Origin: Perna viridis
Lineage: Eukaryota
DNA: 64,000 nt
Reading direction: 5' to 3'
NCBI GenBank assembly: GCA_037379345.1
Contig: CM074517.1
Coordinates: 21,018,001 to 21,082,000 of the forward strand
This document shows, in pieces, positions 29,001 through 44,000 of the stretch. The notes under the pieces were generated by a model. That model had not been told where the DNA came from, made no database searches, and saw only the letters and a program-made list of their open reading frames with translations. Position 1 is the stretch's first letter; each line of letters begins with the position of its first letter. The position numbers and the translations under genes were made by a program.

Positions 29001-32000
29001 ACAAAAAATTCAGTGGGATAAAATTCACCCTGTGCCACCCATACATAGAATCGGCCTGGTTTTTAAATGAATAGCCTCGTAAACAACATGTTCAAACAAA
29101 AAATATTCGTCAATAGGTCTGTAAGATGTATGATATTATGGATAGCAGCTGTCAACTAAAAGGTATTTTTACTGTCTCCGGAAATTTTCATTAATTTTGA
29201 ATCTTCTTAAAACATACACTAGATCATGGTTAGCCTGACATTTACGCGGGAGAAAGATGATAGTTTCAAATTGCGGTGAATGGTCTTCTTCTTGTTAAGT
29301 ACAAAACCACCACCTGGTGTATCCTCGTACTGGTTGGTGACTATATACAAAAGTGATCGGTGCTGGAAGGACCCAAGGTGCAAGTTGAAATCCATATTTA
29401 CAGTGCAGCTAAAAACGAGGATGTGTAAATTCGATGATATAAGAATTGAACACTTTCGTTAATTCTTCACATGAAAATCATTTCAGAAATATTTTTGCAA
29501 GCAAAAATTTACTGTAGTATAATCTGTTATAAAGTTAAGCCCTTTTAATTTTGGTTTGGGCCAACTGGGGGACAAGTCCAAGAATATTCGATACTTAATA
29601 TGAAGATTTTTAGGTCCCTTCTGCTCTTTTAAAACCCTATTCCCCAATATCCCTACATTATCACCAAGGCAAGTATATGATATGGAACCCAGGTGACATT
29701 TGGAACCGTTTATGTGGGAGATTCTCCCTTATTGACACTGCATGTCTTGTGAGGAAGACTTGTAACGTAAAAGCAAAAGTTCTATTACTTGCAGTGTAGT
29801 ATTTTTGACAGAAATTATAGTGATTTTCACTAAAACCTTCTACAAATCTTACATTTTGTAGGAGATTCTAAATGTTTCATTGAATTTGTGGGAGTCCTCC
29901 CCCTCCCCCAATGTTGGAGGGTTACCAGGTGTGACTGGGTCCACAACAGGGACTTTGTGTGACAGGGTCAGGTGGCTTCATTATCAAACAATGTCTGCTG
30001 AATATAATGTCGCCAGGTATATATGTTGGGTAAACTGAAAACTTGCTATAGATGGTATGTCACATACATTTACATGTACATGTACATGTATGTGAATTAT
30101 TCATACCATAGGAACAAGAATTTTTTTCAATGTTTAGTTTATACATGTAGACCCTACATGTAAGTTTACAAGTGAAAGTTTAAACCTGAAATGCATCTGA
30201 AGACAAATTATAGTTTATACCCCCAATTAAAATTTTTAATGGAATGTTTCACATGTTTTGTTGTGGTGTCAATAAATTGTGGGAGTTAGAGTATATTCAT
30301 GTGCCATTGACCCATTTTTAGCCATCTTGCACTGAAGGAAGGTGTGTTTTCAAAATATGTAAAATGTAAAAAATTACCTGAAAAAAATTAATAGATGTTG
30401 TTAAGTGAAAAAAAATACTGATTTTTCCTTCTCAGCATAGGCAAGGATTTATGTATAGCAAGGATTGGAATCTTGCACAATTTTACATAGTACGATAATA
30501 AATATGTTGCGTGGGGCGATATACAGTGAGATTACCCATGATGCATTTCATTGATGCTGAGCGTACCCTGTTAATGACGGACGATTTCCATTGCTTCAAC
30601 ATTTCATCACGATAAATGTAGGTATTCTGACCCATATGGTTTGAAAAAAAATTAAAATATCCCACCTCAAGTTGCCTCCAGACTTTTTCAATGTTTTGTT
30701 TTGAACATTACCTCGATTCAAGACCTTAATCTCTTATCAAATTTTCAACCTGGTCCCACTTTCAAAGGCGGTCTCTCGTCCTCATTTAAAATTCAAACTC
30801 TTTTTTTTCCAAACCTGATCAGTCGTCATAAAATTAGTTTGAAATGAATCAGAAATGGTATGAAGGTATATATAAGGAGTTGCATAGCTGAAGCTTTCCT
30901 TGCATTTGTGATATCAATGTTTTTATATGCCTTGGTTTTGACTCCTGACTGCATAGCCTGCCTTTGAAGGCGGTTTCCCCTCCTCATTTAAAATTTAAAC
31001 TCCTTCTTCAAAACCGGTTTTATCACAAAATTTGTTGAAATTTGAACAAAAATAGTCTGAGGGTATATATAAGGAGTGTTATAGCCGTAGCTCCACCTTC
31101 CTTCCTGATATCAACGTTTTTATTTGACCTACTTTTGACTTTTTAAAAAATGGTGGCCGGAGTCAACTCCCTCAAAGACAGTTTTCCCTCCAAATTTAAA
31201 ATTCAAACTCCTTCTTCAAAATCTGAACCATCATCATAAAATTTGTTTTAAATTGAACAAAAATAGTCTGAGGGTGTATGTAAGAAATTTTATAGCTGTT
31301 GTCTCCCATTCTTTTGTGGTGTCTAATGTTTTTATTTGACCACCTTTTGATATAAAAAAAATGGTGGCCGGAGTCATGCCCTCAAGAAAGGTATTCCCTT
31401 CTCAATTAAAACTAAATCCTTCAAAACCTGAATGGTTGTCATAAAATTTGTTTTAAATTGATAAAAATATGGTCTGAGGGTGTAAGGATGTTGATATCTA
31501 ATTTCCCCTAGATTTGTAATATCAATATTTTATATGACCTATTATTGACTTCAATAGCAGTATAGGTGGCAAGTAGCTGTGGCGAGTAGACCGATATCTC
31601 ACCACGCGAGATGTTGTGATAAATTATGAGATGCGAATCCCTCTATATTTAACTCCCTGGCTACAATTGTAAATTATTTGAAAGATAGACTAATCAATTC
31701 TGTACTTCAGTTGATACTTATTGTTTAAAAACATAGGTAACAAGTATGTTATTGGATGCCAGGTATGAAGCATATGCCTAGCATTAATCAGCCTATTTTG
31801 CATGCTGTACTGTAGCTTGAGAAGCCATCTCTGTATGTTAAGAATTTTGGGAATAAGTGAACGTTTTTTTCAATTTTTATAAAAAAATCTGTTGACACAT
31901 ATAACAAAAAAAAAAAATCATGTATTTGTTGATATTTTTCTGGGATGTCAGTAGTATTTTAGGTACAAGGAAAAAAAGAAAAAGTAGCAGATAAACTAAT

Positions 32001-35000
32001 GGAAATTTTGCAAGAGCTCACCTATTTTTGAAAATAGAGTAGCCATCAAAGTATGAGCAAGTAGCCGTACAATATTGTCGGTTGACGGCTTAACTGAGTG
32101 AATAATAAGGATCATTTGTTTCTTTTCTAGAATGCTACTGTGCAGATGATAATAGTGTCAGATGGGGTCACAACATTTACCGGTTTCCTGTATGGTAATG
32201 TGTACTGGTCGCCAGATGTACCAAGAGAAATAGTCTCAGCATGGCAATGTGGTGGAAAAAGTGGACGATATACCCATCCTGCATCCTTAGATACAAATTT
32301 TCCTGTTGAGATAGTTAGCACCAGTAATACAAGTTAGTGTTAAATGATACCAATCAAGTCACAAATGGGTCATTTTTTAAGTTTGTTAGAAACATTTTAA
32401 AAAATATATACAAAATATTATTAAAGAAAGATAAAATGCAAAATGAAATAATCTAATTACTACGTATACATGTATGTATTCTGCGTGTACATGAACAGAT
32501 TATTCTATAGAAAACCAGATCAGAAAATTAAAGACTTGCAAGATTTAGGAGTCATCGTCTTCGAATGTTTCTTATTTCAGTTTTACTACTGTACACTGAT
32601 GTTGGAAATGGTTACTCTAAAATGAAGTCAATGAATAATTATGTACCATAAAATCAATATACATGTACAAGTATGTCTGCCATGTCATTGTTTCCAGTCA
32701 CAATTAAATACTGTGTTAATCACCTCTGTTACAGTTTTAGAAACTGAATTTTTTGTCAACATAGACCCATCATAATTTTACATAGAATGCACTGTACATT
32801 TTAAAGCAACATGAGTCAGTTTCATCATAGTCTTGCTTGATTTTACATAGACTCGGTCCATGAGTCTACTGCTAATGTCTTTCACTGCTATTATATAAAA
32901 TTATGCAATTTACAGTTATTTTCATTTTATGGAAAGATACTCAAAGTATTCAAAATTAAAATGTGTATAGTTTTCTTTTTTAATTTGTCATTAGCTGGCT
33001 GTGAATAGTTAATGTAAAGCGAAATTATTGTTAAAATGAATTTCTTATACAAACTGAGGGATTTGTTGTTTTACCAATTAAGGTAATGTTTTGGGTAAGT
33101 TTTGAACATTATGTACATAATTTAGAGGAATTAAGCAATTTTATGTGAATAAGATTTTAATATTGACCAGAGTAAGAAATAGTTTTTTTTTTTTTATGAA
33201 TTCCAATGCAATTAGCAGGTACAAATGTATGTGAATCCACAGTGCATGTTTTACATGATACACAGAAGTATTGTTTTCAATTTAAACCTTTACATAATTT
33301 TTTTTTTTTTTTTATAAACGTCCAACTTTCTATTTAATTTCAGGAGTACCTAACAATGGTCTATGGCTCTATAAAGTTGATTCGTGTACTGCTACCAGTG
33401 TCAACTATGCTCGGCAGTGTTATGATTGGGTCACAAATGTTGCAGTCACGCAAAGATTCATGACCTTTTTCCTCAACGTCTTTTTGCCAGCATGTCCATG
33501 TAATCTTCCCCAAGCCATGCGTGATCCTGCTTTTTATAGAGAGAAGGGAACTGACTGTTTCTTAACTACTTACATTCCTTTTGTACGAGGTGCAAGGGTT
33601 AGTATTTGTACCTTTAATGAAAAAAATAAAAAGTAAGTGATTTACATTTTATTTCTAAAGATATATGTGAATTTAACCAACCCATTCTCTCAAGTCTTTA
33701 TTTCACATGCATACATTGTAGAAAATTCATGAAAGAGTGTAATTGATAATATGCATGTTAAAGAGCAATTAAGTGAGCCAAGATTCAAGCAGAAAACAAA
33801 AGTATGTAATCCAGGGACAAAGACTAGACATGGAAAACAGACACACACAACAAAGAACATTAAATAAAAAAAAATCATATGGTTTCTCCCCTTGACATTG
33901 ATTATGTTCATTGTCATCATTACAGAAATGTTGCTATTCAAGAAAGACAGAATCACTGCTGACCAACACAGCTTCCAGTGGATATTTGATGATGTATCAT
34001 CCTCAGACCATGAATTACTGGTATTGGTACCCGTTGCATCAGACCATTGATATCTTACCTTTCGACCAATGCTGTATAAAAGGGGGACTCTGTAACCTAT
34101 TCTTCCAACAAAGAGTCTCCAGTAACTGTTTTGGATATATACCTCCTGACTTGGGTAATTTTCATGTGTTCCATTATATCCTTCAGGGCCTAATCTAGAC
34201 ATCGATGTCAAGGTGAAGTTTTAGTAAATCCTATTTGAAAAATAACAGTATTGACATTTTTGACTATGTTATCTATGTTACAAAAAACTTCTCCCTGTCA
34301 TAAACAAATGGGAGAAGTTTTTTTCTGATTTCTCCCTCTAGATTAGGTGTTGAATTGCTTGTCTTTAAACAGACTTATTTAACTTCTTTATTTCTTAATT
34401 TTGTCTTCCTATCCTGAAAATTTGCCTTACCCCCGAAATATGTTAATTTTTGGTATTTTTTTATTATCAAGTGTGTCAAATTCAGACTGAATTTTAAGCC
34501 TTTCTTATTTTCAACCAAATATTGCTTTTTATATCTAAGTGGCAATCATTTTTTTTGTTGAGAAAATGGGGACTTGTCTGTGCAATATAACTATAAAAGT
34601 ATTAAGTGGATTCTTTTCAAATTTACAAAAAATAGTGCATTCTACAATGTGTCAAGTCTGAGTTGCAATTAAATCAAATTTCAATGTGTGAAAATCTGTT
34701 TTATGTCAACCAACCAATGAATTTTTAACGTATTGCAATATATGATTAATTCCTTTTAGGTCTGACATCTGGTGACCCTCATTTTAAGACCTTAGATGGC
34801 TTGGATTACACCTACAATGGTATCGGGGAGTACACATTACTTGCATCCTATAACAGGACAAATGATGATAAAACATTTGAACTACAGACCAGAACTTTAC
34901 AAGCCAAAGATAAAAATGGTACCTTAATTGCAGCCACCATTTTTGGAGGATTTGCTGCAAAAGAATTATTTGAAGATGGTGGTTCTTGTGAAGTGGAAAT

Positions 35001-38000
35001 GAACACTGAGAGAAATGGTAAATTGAATTAATTTAACAAGTTTAATAATTAATGAAGCAAAATTAAAGTAATTAGGCCAATCAAAAATAATTTTTTGGTT
35101 TTCTGCTTTTTCCTCTATAAGACTGCAACATGACCCATTTCAATAAAATTAATAGAAACTCCATTCTCCCTATTTTTTCTGCCTATGAACAGTATAAAAA
35201 ACACCCTTGTCACATCTTTGGGGCAATAAATACCTCTTGTAGTTAAAGGAAATGCCTCCATCCCTTATTGGTTTTTATGAAAATTTGTATAAGAACTATG
35301 AAGTTAACTTAAGGCGGTAGACCTAGGATTAGGGACACAACTCTTACAAATCATTAGAATGTTTATATTGATCATTTTACATCAATCTAATGTAAGCATC
35401 AATGTAACTTGGACTGATTTCATTCTGATTCAAAGGAAAGCTTGAAAGGCTTTGGTGAAATTGAATATGATACAAACATATCACTGATTTCAAGAGTTAC
35501 GTCCCTTACCCTATAGGTCTACCTCAAGAGGGCATTACTATATACTGAGCAAGTAAGACTTGACATTCGTACAATACAGTATCCTTTACTATTCATAGAT
35601 ATAAAAACTTTTAACTCTTTTGAAGTTGAACTGAATCTGCCTAATTATTTACTTGGTTATTTAACTTTTAGTTCTGTTTTTAATGAAAGTTCTACTGTGT
35701 AAGTGATTTTTTTCTTGGGTTGAAAATTTCATGTTTTTTGTTTAAAAAAAAGGTGATTTTATTTGTGCTGTCCTGAAATATATCGTATATTTGTATGAAA
35801 AGCAATAATCCTAAATTTTTGAGTATAAGGTGGGGTAAAAACTTTTTTTTTTATTTTTGTGTCCTGGCGTCTACTGCAAATATAGTGAAACTGAATCACA
35901 GGAAAAAATATTGCATTTATTTTTTTCTATAAAAGTACACATTTTACAAAGCATTTATTGCAAACCTCCTATCTACACATATTGTCTAATGTGTATAATT
36001 TATTTCTGCTGCCTTCTTTTCAGGATTGATTGTAAGAATAAATAGACGGGATTTCACAGTCTTATTTGCTAACAGTTCAACTTTCTCAGAGAATCAAGAA
36101 AGTATTGTAGTTGAAAAGACAGGTCCTAATTCATTGACTGCTAATTTCCCAAGTTCAGGTATGATTAAAAAAGATGTTTACTTTCAAATACATAAATGAA
36201 TGAGCTATACTGTGTAAATGAGTCTGCTGTATTGTTTAACCACATCTTTAATGAAAACACCTTTTTCAAGATGCCATTTTACAAATACATGCTTGATTCA
36301 TTCAAATTCAAACTGAATAATGTTTCTTTTCAATACTCATCAGAGTTTTAACATGCAATTTATTTTTACTCACTTTCTAAGTAGGAAAGTTATGTGAAAA
36401 TAAATTGCCATGAATAAGTCCGTTTATTATAGAAAAGGTGTTAGGCATAATATAAGTTACGAAAATAAATGACAGCAAAATGGAATTGATTTCCTGAAAT
36501 TCAAAAAACAATTGTGTTTATAGTAATTCTTTTACTTCTTGATCATCAGGATATGAAACTTAGCTGACATGTTTGATAATGTGATAGTTTTAAATCATTG
36601 TAGGTGTAGCGTTGCAGGTGTCACTCAAAGTTGGTATGCTTGAGAACAAAATTATCCTGCAAAATAGATTCAAGAACAGTTACAGATTCAGTGGCCTTCT
36701 TGGCAATGTCAATGGCAATCCTGATGATGATTTTGAACTTCCAAATGGTACAACTCTGCCTTCGAACTTAACAGAATCTGAAATATACACTCAGTTTGGA
36801 GAACATTGTATGTACTTAGCACTAAGCTTGTCTGATTTATGGGATCCAATTCAATGTTTATCGGCAGTTAAAATTTTTCCTTTGTTCTTACAGCCAGATA
36901 TTTTGTAAATTGGGGCCTTTGTTGTCGTACTGGAAAGTCTCTGTCCATATAACAAGCACAAAGAAACACAATAATGATTATGACATTGCTGATTAAAGTT
37001 ATTTATCAATTTTTTATAACAATTATATTTTCATTATCTATTGTTATTAGTAAGATAGTGAAATTGTACAATGTTGCACAAGATATATCTTCATATGTTC
37101 AAATGGAACCATATCAAGAAAGATATACCTTGCAAAGTGCCTATTTCATGTACAATCTACATTGTATATATTTTTTATCTCAAAAGTGCAACAACCAAAT
37201 GAAAAACTAGGACTAGTTATGTGATCAGTAACTGCTCCTGAACAAGAAATAAAACTGAATTTGGTGGGTTTATGGCATGCATGAATCACAATCTGTCTGA
37301 TTTTTAGAAAGACTGCTACTAAATAAGTCATTTTCCACTTCTTTGTTGATCATATAAAATAGGTATGCGTTCACCCAATCATTGAAAAATCAATCTTTTT
37401 TAATTTTAGGGAGAACTAATGAAAGTTCTTCTGTATTTACCTATGAGCCTGGATTTTCATGGGAAAGTTTTCAGAATACAACTTTTGTTCCTGTGTTCAG
37501 TGATACCTTCAGCCAAACAGACCTTCATGGGGCTAAAGCCATCTGTGGTGATAACCAGGGCTGTATGTTTGATTACATAGCTTTGGGACAAGATGTAGAG
37601 GTGGCTAATAATACTAGAATTATACAAGAATCAACACAGCTGGAAATAGTTCAGGCTGGTAAGGAAAATGTGATTTTTAGGCAATGTCAGACTTTGATTT
37701 TCTTCTGCTATAAAGTAGAATTCTGCCTGTGCAAATCTAGATTTGACCAATATGAGTTTTATATTTACCAAGCTTCACACAGTGGCAATCATTCTTTTTC
37801 TCTCTTGCTAACCATTGCAGACAAGCCCTCTGAAATTCTCAACCTGATTCAAATCAAACTTCATTTGACTAAAAGATTAATCATTCGCTTTTTCTTGACT
37901 GCAAGATTCTTGCATTTTCATAGAGAGTTGTCAGACCTTGTGCAGGGGCAAGAGCTTGTAAATTTACTTCCTATTTTGCCAAATTCTGCTTTTTGTTTTT

Positions 38001-41000
38001 GAGCTCATTATATGTGCACTGTTTTTCATCAAGGTAGTAAAAAAGGCCAAAATTAAGGACTTAAAATGCATGGATATTTTGAAAAATATGTTTCTGGTGA
38101 ATTGGGTAAAAGTATACTTCGATAATGCTTGTTTATGACTTAACTTAAGAAAGTTGTTTAATACCTGTACATTAATTTGCTTTTCTTTTTCGATAGGATC
38201 TAGAAATACGTTTATACCACCACTTTAAAGCAGAACAGTCTTCAGTGATCATGATGCTTTTCCTACAGTTTTTAGCATACTTTTGTGTTAGCATTACCTC
38301 CAATTTGCTAGGAGAGAGAATTTTAGAAATAAGTTTTGAATAAAATGACATCAGTATCAGAAATATTATAATTTATCATTCAAACACATATATGCATGGG
38401 ATGAAAATACTAAATGAAAATTTCTTATGTATAGTGACTGTATATAAATGTTAACTAAAATGAAAATGATGCATTGATAGTATTTAAACTTTCTAAATGT
38501 TCCCAAGTGTAATTGAAACATTCGCATCTATCATTCCAGAGAACAAGATACCTACTGTAACAGGAACACTGAGAATCAATGCTACTGTTAATGAATCTGT
38601 TAGTTTAGTGGCTGAGGCTCAGGACGTGGATGATGAAAATGTTACTGTAATTTTTGGTGGTAGCATCACTGGCAAAATAACTAACAGACAGAATGCTTCT
38701 ATAACAACCACATGGACCCCTCAAGAGTACAATACAGACTATAATATAAGGTAGAGTTGGTTAAAAATGATAGTTTAGCATAATATATGGACACAGTTTC
38801 TTTGTACATTTCTTATATTTATCTGTTAGGTAATTGGAAAGTTACTGAACTGATAAACTCTGGGCAATTATCTAACGAAATAGTCAAAAAGGAAAGTTAA
38901 TATAACAAATGACAATAATCAAGGCAAAAACTGGAAAGTTTGAAACAACCACAATGGTCACATCTTGGTACAGGCATTTCCAATAGAATAAGTGGGTTAA
39001 ATCAGGTTGTACTGGGTGCTAAAACATAAAACGTTTCTATAATGGCTAATTGTTTCCAGTATATTGCAATACTAACAGGCAGCACTAAATTGCCTTTGGG
39101 TGAAGTTAGTAAAATCTGTATTCAAAACAGTATACAAAATGAATATATTGAATAGAGTGTAGCAAATAGTCATCGTAACATTCTGAGACGTTTGTATAAT
39201 ATTGATTTGTTGTGACATGCATCATTAATTTGATCTCTATCTTACATAATAATGCCTAGATGAATTGTCCCGTACTACCATACATCATGTACTAAGTTAG
39301 AGCCTTAGATTAATCCTACAAGGAGGAATAACCTGGCCAGTGAAAGCTATATTTTTATATAGCCTAGCAGGCCGAGTGGTGTAGGGTGGTCATCGTTTGG
39401 AATTGTTCAGACCCTTCTATAATGTTATGTTGTCTTCCCTGTATCAATTTGATCCGATGGAGCAGTGTAGCAAATAGAGTTGTCACATTCTTAGACATTT
39501 GTGTGTGTGTGGGTTAATATATATATATTATGAAAATCCATAGTCTATTATCTTTTCATCAGAAACAGAGTATTTCTCAATAAGATATGGATATTGGAAA
39601 ATTCATGTAAACCAAAATTAGGGAAACTACCTATTTGTTGCTCTTGTTACATTTTATTAACCTCTGGCAATTATTTTTCAGTTATTATGCCACGGACAGT
39701 CAGAACGGTATATCCTCAACAGAGACTGTAGCTATATATTTATGTCCAGGCTGTACAAATGGTGTTTGTGATTTTGCTAATCCCTTGGAAAGTTCATCAA
39801 AGTTCAACACTGTACCATGCAAATGTGATGTAGGATGGACAGGTTTGTTCAGGTTTACTTTAACACATGCAGTATACCTGTTAGCCTTTGAAACAGTTCA
39901 TGTGGATGATTCTCCCCCATTGACATTGTTGCATGTGGGAAAGTTTGATTTTAAAGCTAATATTTGATGTAAATATTCAGTCAGTATTTATTTCAGAATT
40001 ATTAATAATTTTAGCCAAAAACCTTTCACAAATCATACTTTTTTCTGTGGGAAATTCTAAATTGTTCATTGATTTTATTGGAGTCTCCCCCTAACATGTG
40101 AGGCTTTACAGGTACATGTATGCATCTCTGGGAATATTTTAGGACATATATGGAAGTACATGTATATGTTTTTTAAATTTGTAGAAACATTACTTTTTTA
40201 TAGGATTAAACAGCTATTTTGGTCGTTCATACTTGTATGAACCGATCTTGGAGCTCCCAAACATAACATGAACGGCCTTTGGCCGTTCATGTTATGTTTG
40301 GGAGTGGAGAAATGTATTTATAGAATCTAGTTCTGGGACAATAAAATTTTGGGGTGAATTTACTTGTAATTAGATATTCAGCATTTATAAGTTTCTTTCC
40401 CGGAGCTGAAAATTACTCTCTAAAGAAACTGTACCGGTAAAATCAATGGTGGTGCAATAAACCATTCTTACAACTATATCATCTCGTTTAGGTTGTTGTC
40501 ACACCCTTTTGAACTACACGGCTGCCATATTGGTTTCAAGTTGACTGGCATTCATGCATGTATGAACGATTTGGTGAAGTTCATGAAAGTATGAACTTCC
40601 TGGCAAAGATGTTCTTGACCAATCAAAGACGGCTTTAAGCATGAAGAATCTTATGATCAGAATTATTAATGTATAAAGTCCTGTTAAAACAGTATTATTG
40701 CCATTTGGTTTTTATTTACATTTCATTAATTAATCAAGTAGTCCATAACATTTTTTTTTCCATTTTTTTTTCATGGTGGTCCTGAACATATGAAAAACAT
40801 ATCCAGTGTTGCCCCTCATTTCACTATAGATATGAAAATATATTAATTGAAAACATTTTTTTCCTGTAATTTCTGTAAGCTCAGATTAGGTACGTGCAAA
40901 AGGCTGATGATTTTTTGTCGGTATTTTAAGCTTTGATTTCATAAAACATTTAAAGTTAAAAAAACACTTATAAGTCATGGCTCTACTCTAGAACTAATAT

Positions 41001-44000
41001 AAGATGTAACTCAAAATCTCAGAAAAAACATTATTTTAATGGTGATGAATCCAGTCTTTCACTATGCCAGTCCAAACAATTTTTATTGGTGGTCATTGCT
41101 ATTTCCATATGATATTTTGTTTATGATAAGATTTTATATTGGTACTTAAATGTTTTTTCATTGTTCTTAATGCCTGATATTTTCTATTTAAATCTACTGC
41201 CTTGATACTAAGAAATAAAGACAATTTCTAAGGCAGCTTAAACAAATTGACTGTGATGTTGCTGATGAACTGAAAAAAACTAATTTTGAATGTGTGGACT
41301 GAACTTCACATTGTGCCCCATCAGGCTCACCATGGTATTTTGTCTCAAAAACTACTGTTACTTTTTATATAGTTAGACTTGAAGTGTCTGAGTAGTCAAC
41401 GGGATGATTTTTTTTCACTTTTTTTTACACTATTTCAAATCCGGATTTTACCGTTAGGATTATTTTTTTACTGTATATTTATTTCCAATTTTGCCAATTT
41501 CCGCTTTGTTTGTAGACCTCGTTAAATCATCCCTTAGTCAATAATACTGATAGAATTTGATGTTTTGCCCATAAATGCATGAAAATGTCTGCCAATGGAC
41601 ATTATAGTAAAATCACCTAATGTACCTTTTTTATACAGGTACCATTTGTAATCAGGACATTGATGGATGTCTTAATGATGCATGTCCAGAGCTTACTAAA
41701 TGTATTGATAAAACTCCTGCCCAGCAAGAGGCTGATAAAGTCTTGTACAGCTGCTCCAATTGTCCATCAGGTTTCGAGTTGATTGATGGCAAATGTCAAG
41801 GTAGGTCTAATATAGATATTGAATTATGGGAAATAAATGATACTTAATGTAAATTTTGTATAGGGCTTTCAGTGATCAAGTTATGTTTGTATACCTATAA
41901 ATTTATCCATGTTTTTCAGATTTTAAGAATATCATTTAACCATCATTTAACATGGTTAAAAAAACTGCAAGTATCTATATATTTTATCTTGATAGGAAGT
42001 CGAAAACATTTGTACTTGATATTGATAGGAAGTAGTAGACATTTGTATTTGAATATTCAAAGATCCACAATATTTTATTATTAAAGGATTAAAATAAAAA
42101 AACAATCTCTTATTAGCTCACCTGGCCTTTGGCCAGGTGAGCAATTGCCATCACTTGGCGTCTATCGTCATCGTCCGTCGTTGTTAACAATTTTTCAAAA
42201 CTCTTCTCCTCTGAAACTACTTGACCAATTGGAACCAAACTTGGTATGAATGTTTCTTTGGGTATCTTGCATAGAACTAATATGGGGATTTTTGATCCGT
42301 TGAAAAACATGGCCACCGTTACTAAAAATATAACATAGGTGTCAGACAATAGTTTTTCACATATATCCCCAAAATGGTTAAGTTAAGCCAAATTCTGACA
42401 TGGTGTAATTGTTCAGCATGATCAGATCTATCTGTGGTCAAATTTTCATTTTAATCTATTAAGCCATGTTGGAGTTATTGCCCTTTTTCAATGTTTTTTG
42501 CTATTTTTTATGTTATTTCTTTCAAAAATCTTCTCCTCTGACACTACTTGACCAATTCAAACCAAACTAGGTATGAATGTTCCTTGGGGTATCCTGCATA
42601 GAACTGGCTTTGGGATTTCTGATCCGTTGAAAAACATGGCAGCCATTACTAAGAATAGAACATAGGGGTCAGACAGTTGTTTTTCGCATTTATCTCCAAA
42701 ATGGTTAGGTTAAGCCCAATTCTTAGCCGGTAAAAGTGTTCAGCATGATGAGATCTATCTGCGGTCAATTTTTCATTCTAATCTATTATTCTAATCTATT
42801 AAGCCATGTTGGAGTTTTTTTAGTGTTATTTCTTTCAAAAATCTTCTCCTCTGACACTATTTTAACAATTGAAACAAAACTTGGTGTAAATGTTTCTTGG
42901 GGTATCCTGCATAAAATTTAAGTGGGGTTTTTTGATCCTTTAAAAAACATGGCCACTGTTACTGAAAATAGAACATAGGGGTCAGACAGCAGTTTTTTGC
43001 ATATACATGTATCTCCAAAACCGTTAGGTTTAGCCAAATTCTTTCAATTGCTGAAATGATCCTTATTTTTTGGACTACAAAAGTCTTCAGGCATAAAATT
43101 TGTCAGATGCCTTCTTATAAGAGTTATTGCCCTTGACAGGGGAAAATGACAGGTTTTTTTTTTTACAGTTTTCAGGCAATGTCTTGAAAACTATGATAGA
43201 TTTAGACTTTCATTTACTGAAATGATCCTTATGATAAGTCCTATCAAAGTTTTATTGAGTCAAATTGTTGGACAACCTCTTGTTTAATTTATTACCCTTG
43301 AAAGGCAAAATCCAACCAGGTGAGCAATTCAGGCTCCTGGGAGCCTCTTGTCAAGTCTACCACCAATGTAAACTCCATATATTCATAATGAAGAGTATCA
43401 TATTTCTAGCATGTCAGCTGATATAAAACTGAGGAAATGTATGACTTTATATGTAGTTGACTAGGACATGGATTGTGACCATTTTGTGATGTCATTAGCA
43501 GTAGGGAATTGAAACAAGTAAATCTCAATGTTTTTGTAGATGTAAATGAGTGTACAAACACTACCCATCCAGTATGTGAACAGCAGTGTACCAACATCTA
43601 TGGTAGTTATGTGTGTTCCTGTATAAATGGATACAGACTGAGGAATGGAAAATGTCAAGGTAATGCTACCCTTTATATGGTCTGCACTGGATTTTTATCT
43701 TGCACTTATTTGAGTATTTTCCATGGAAGTCAAGAATAAGCACTGTACCACAATACTTTCCCTTAGCTCTCGTTGAATGAACTGTGATAAGTAATACCAA
43801 AATATGTACATAGAAACCTGTCTAATCTGATCCCCTTTGGACTTTGATATCGGTTCAGCTTAGACTGATGTTTGGTTAATTATGGTTCAAAATATATTTA
43901 AGTACTATTCTGTGTAAGAATTAGGCAATGGGCGGCACATCATTTGTTCCCAATTTTTTGCTTAAAATTATATAAGACATCAGAAAACTCCTGAAAAGCT

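Noticed and set aside
27239-32130. Nested gene in the 4.9-kb intron (ORFs at 28253, 29280 and 30483)
   Set aside because: Short ORFs with no recognisable motif, lying in repeat-derived sequence
37659-38002. C-terminal extensions of ORF-track proteins past donors (also 14066-14109, 25707-25765 and 51890-52095)
   Set aside because: Intron read-through; the domain signal stops at consensus donors
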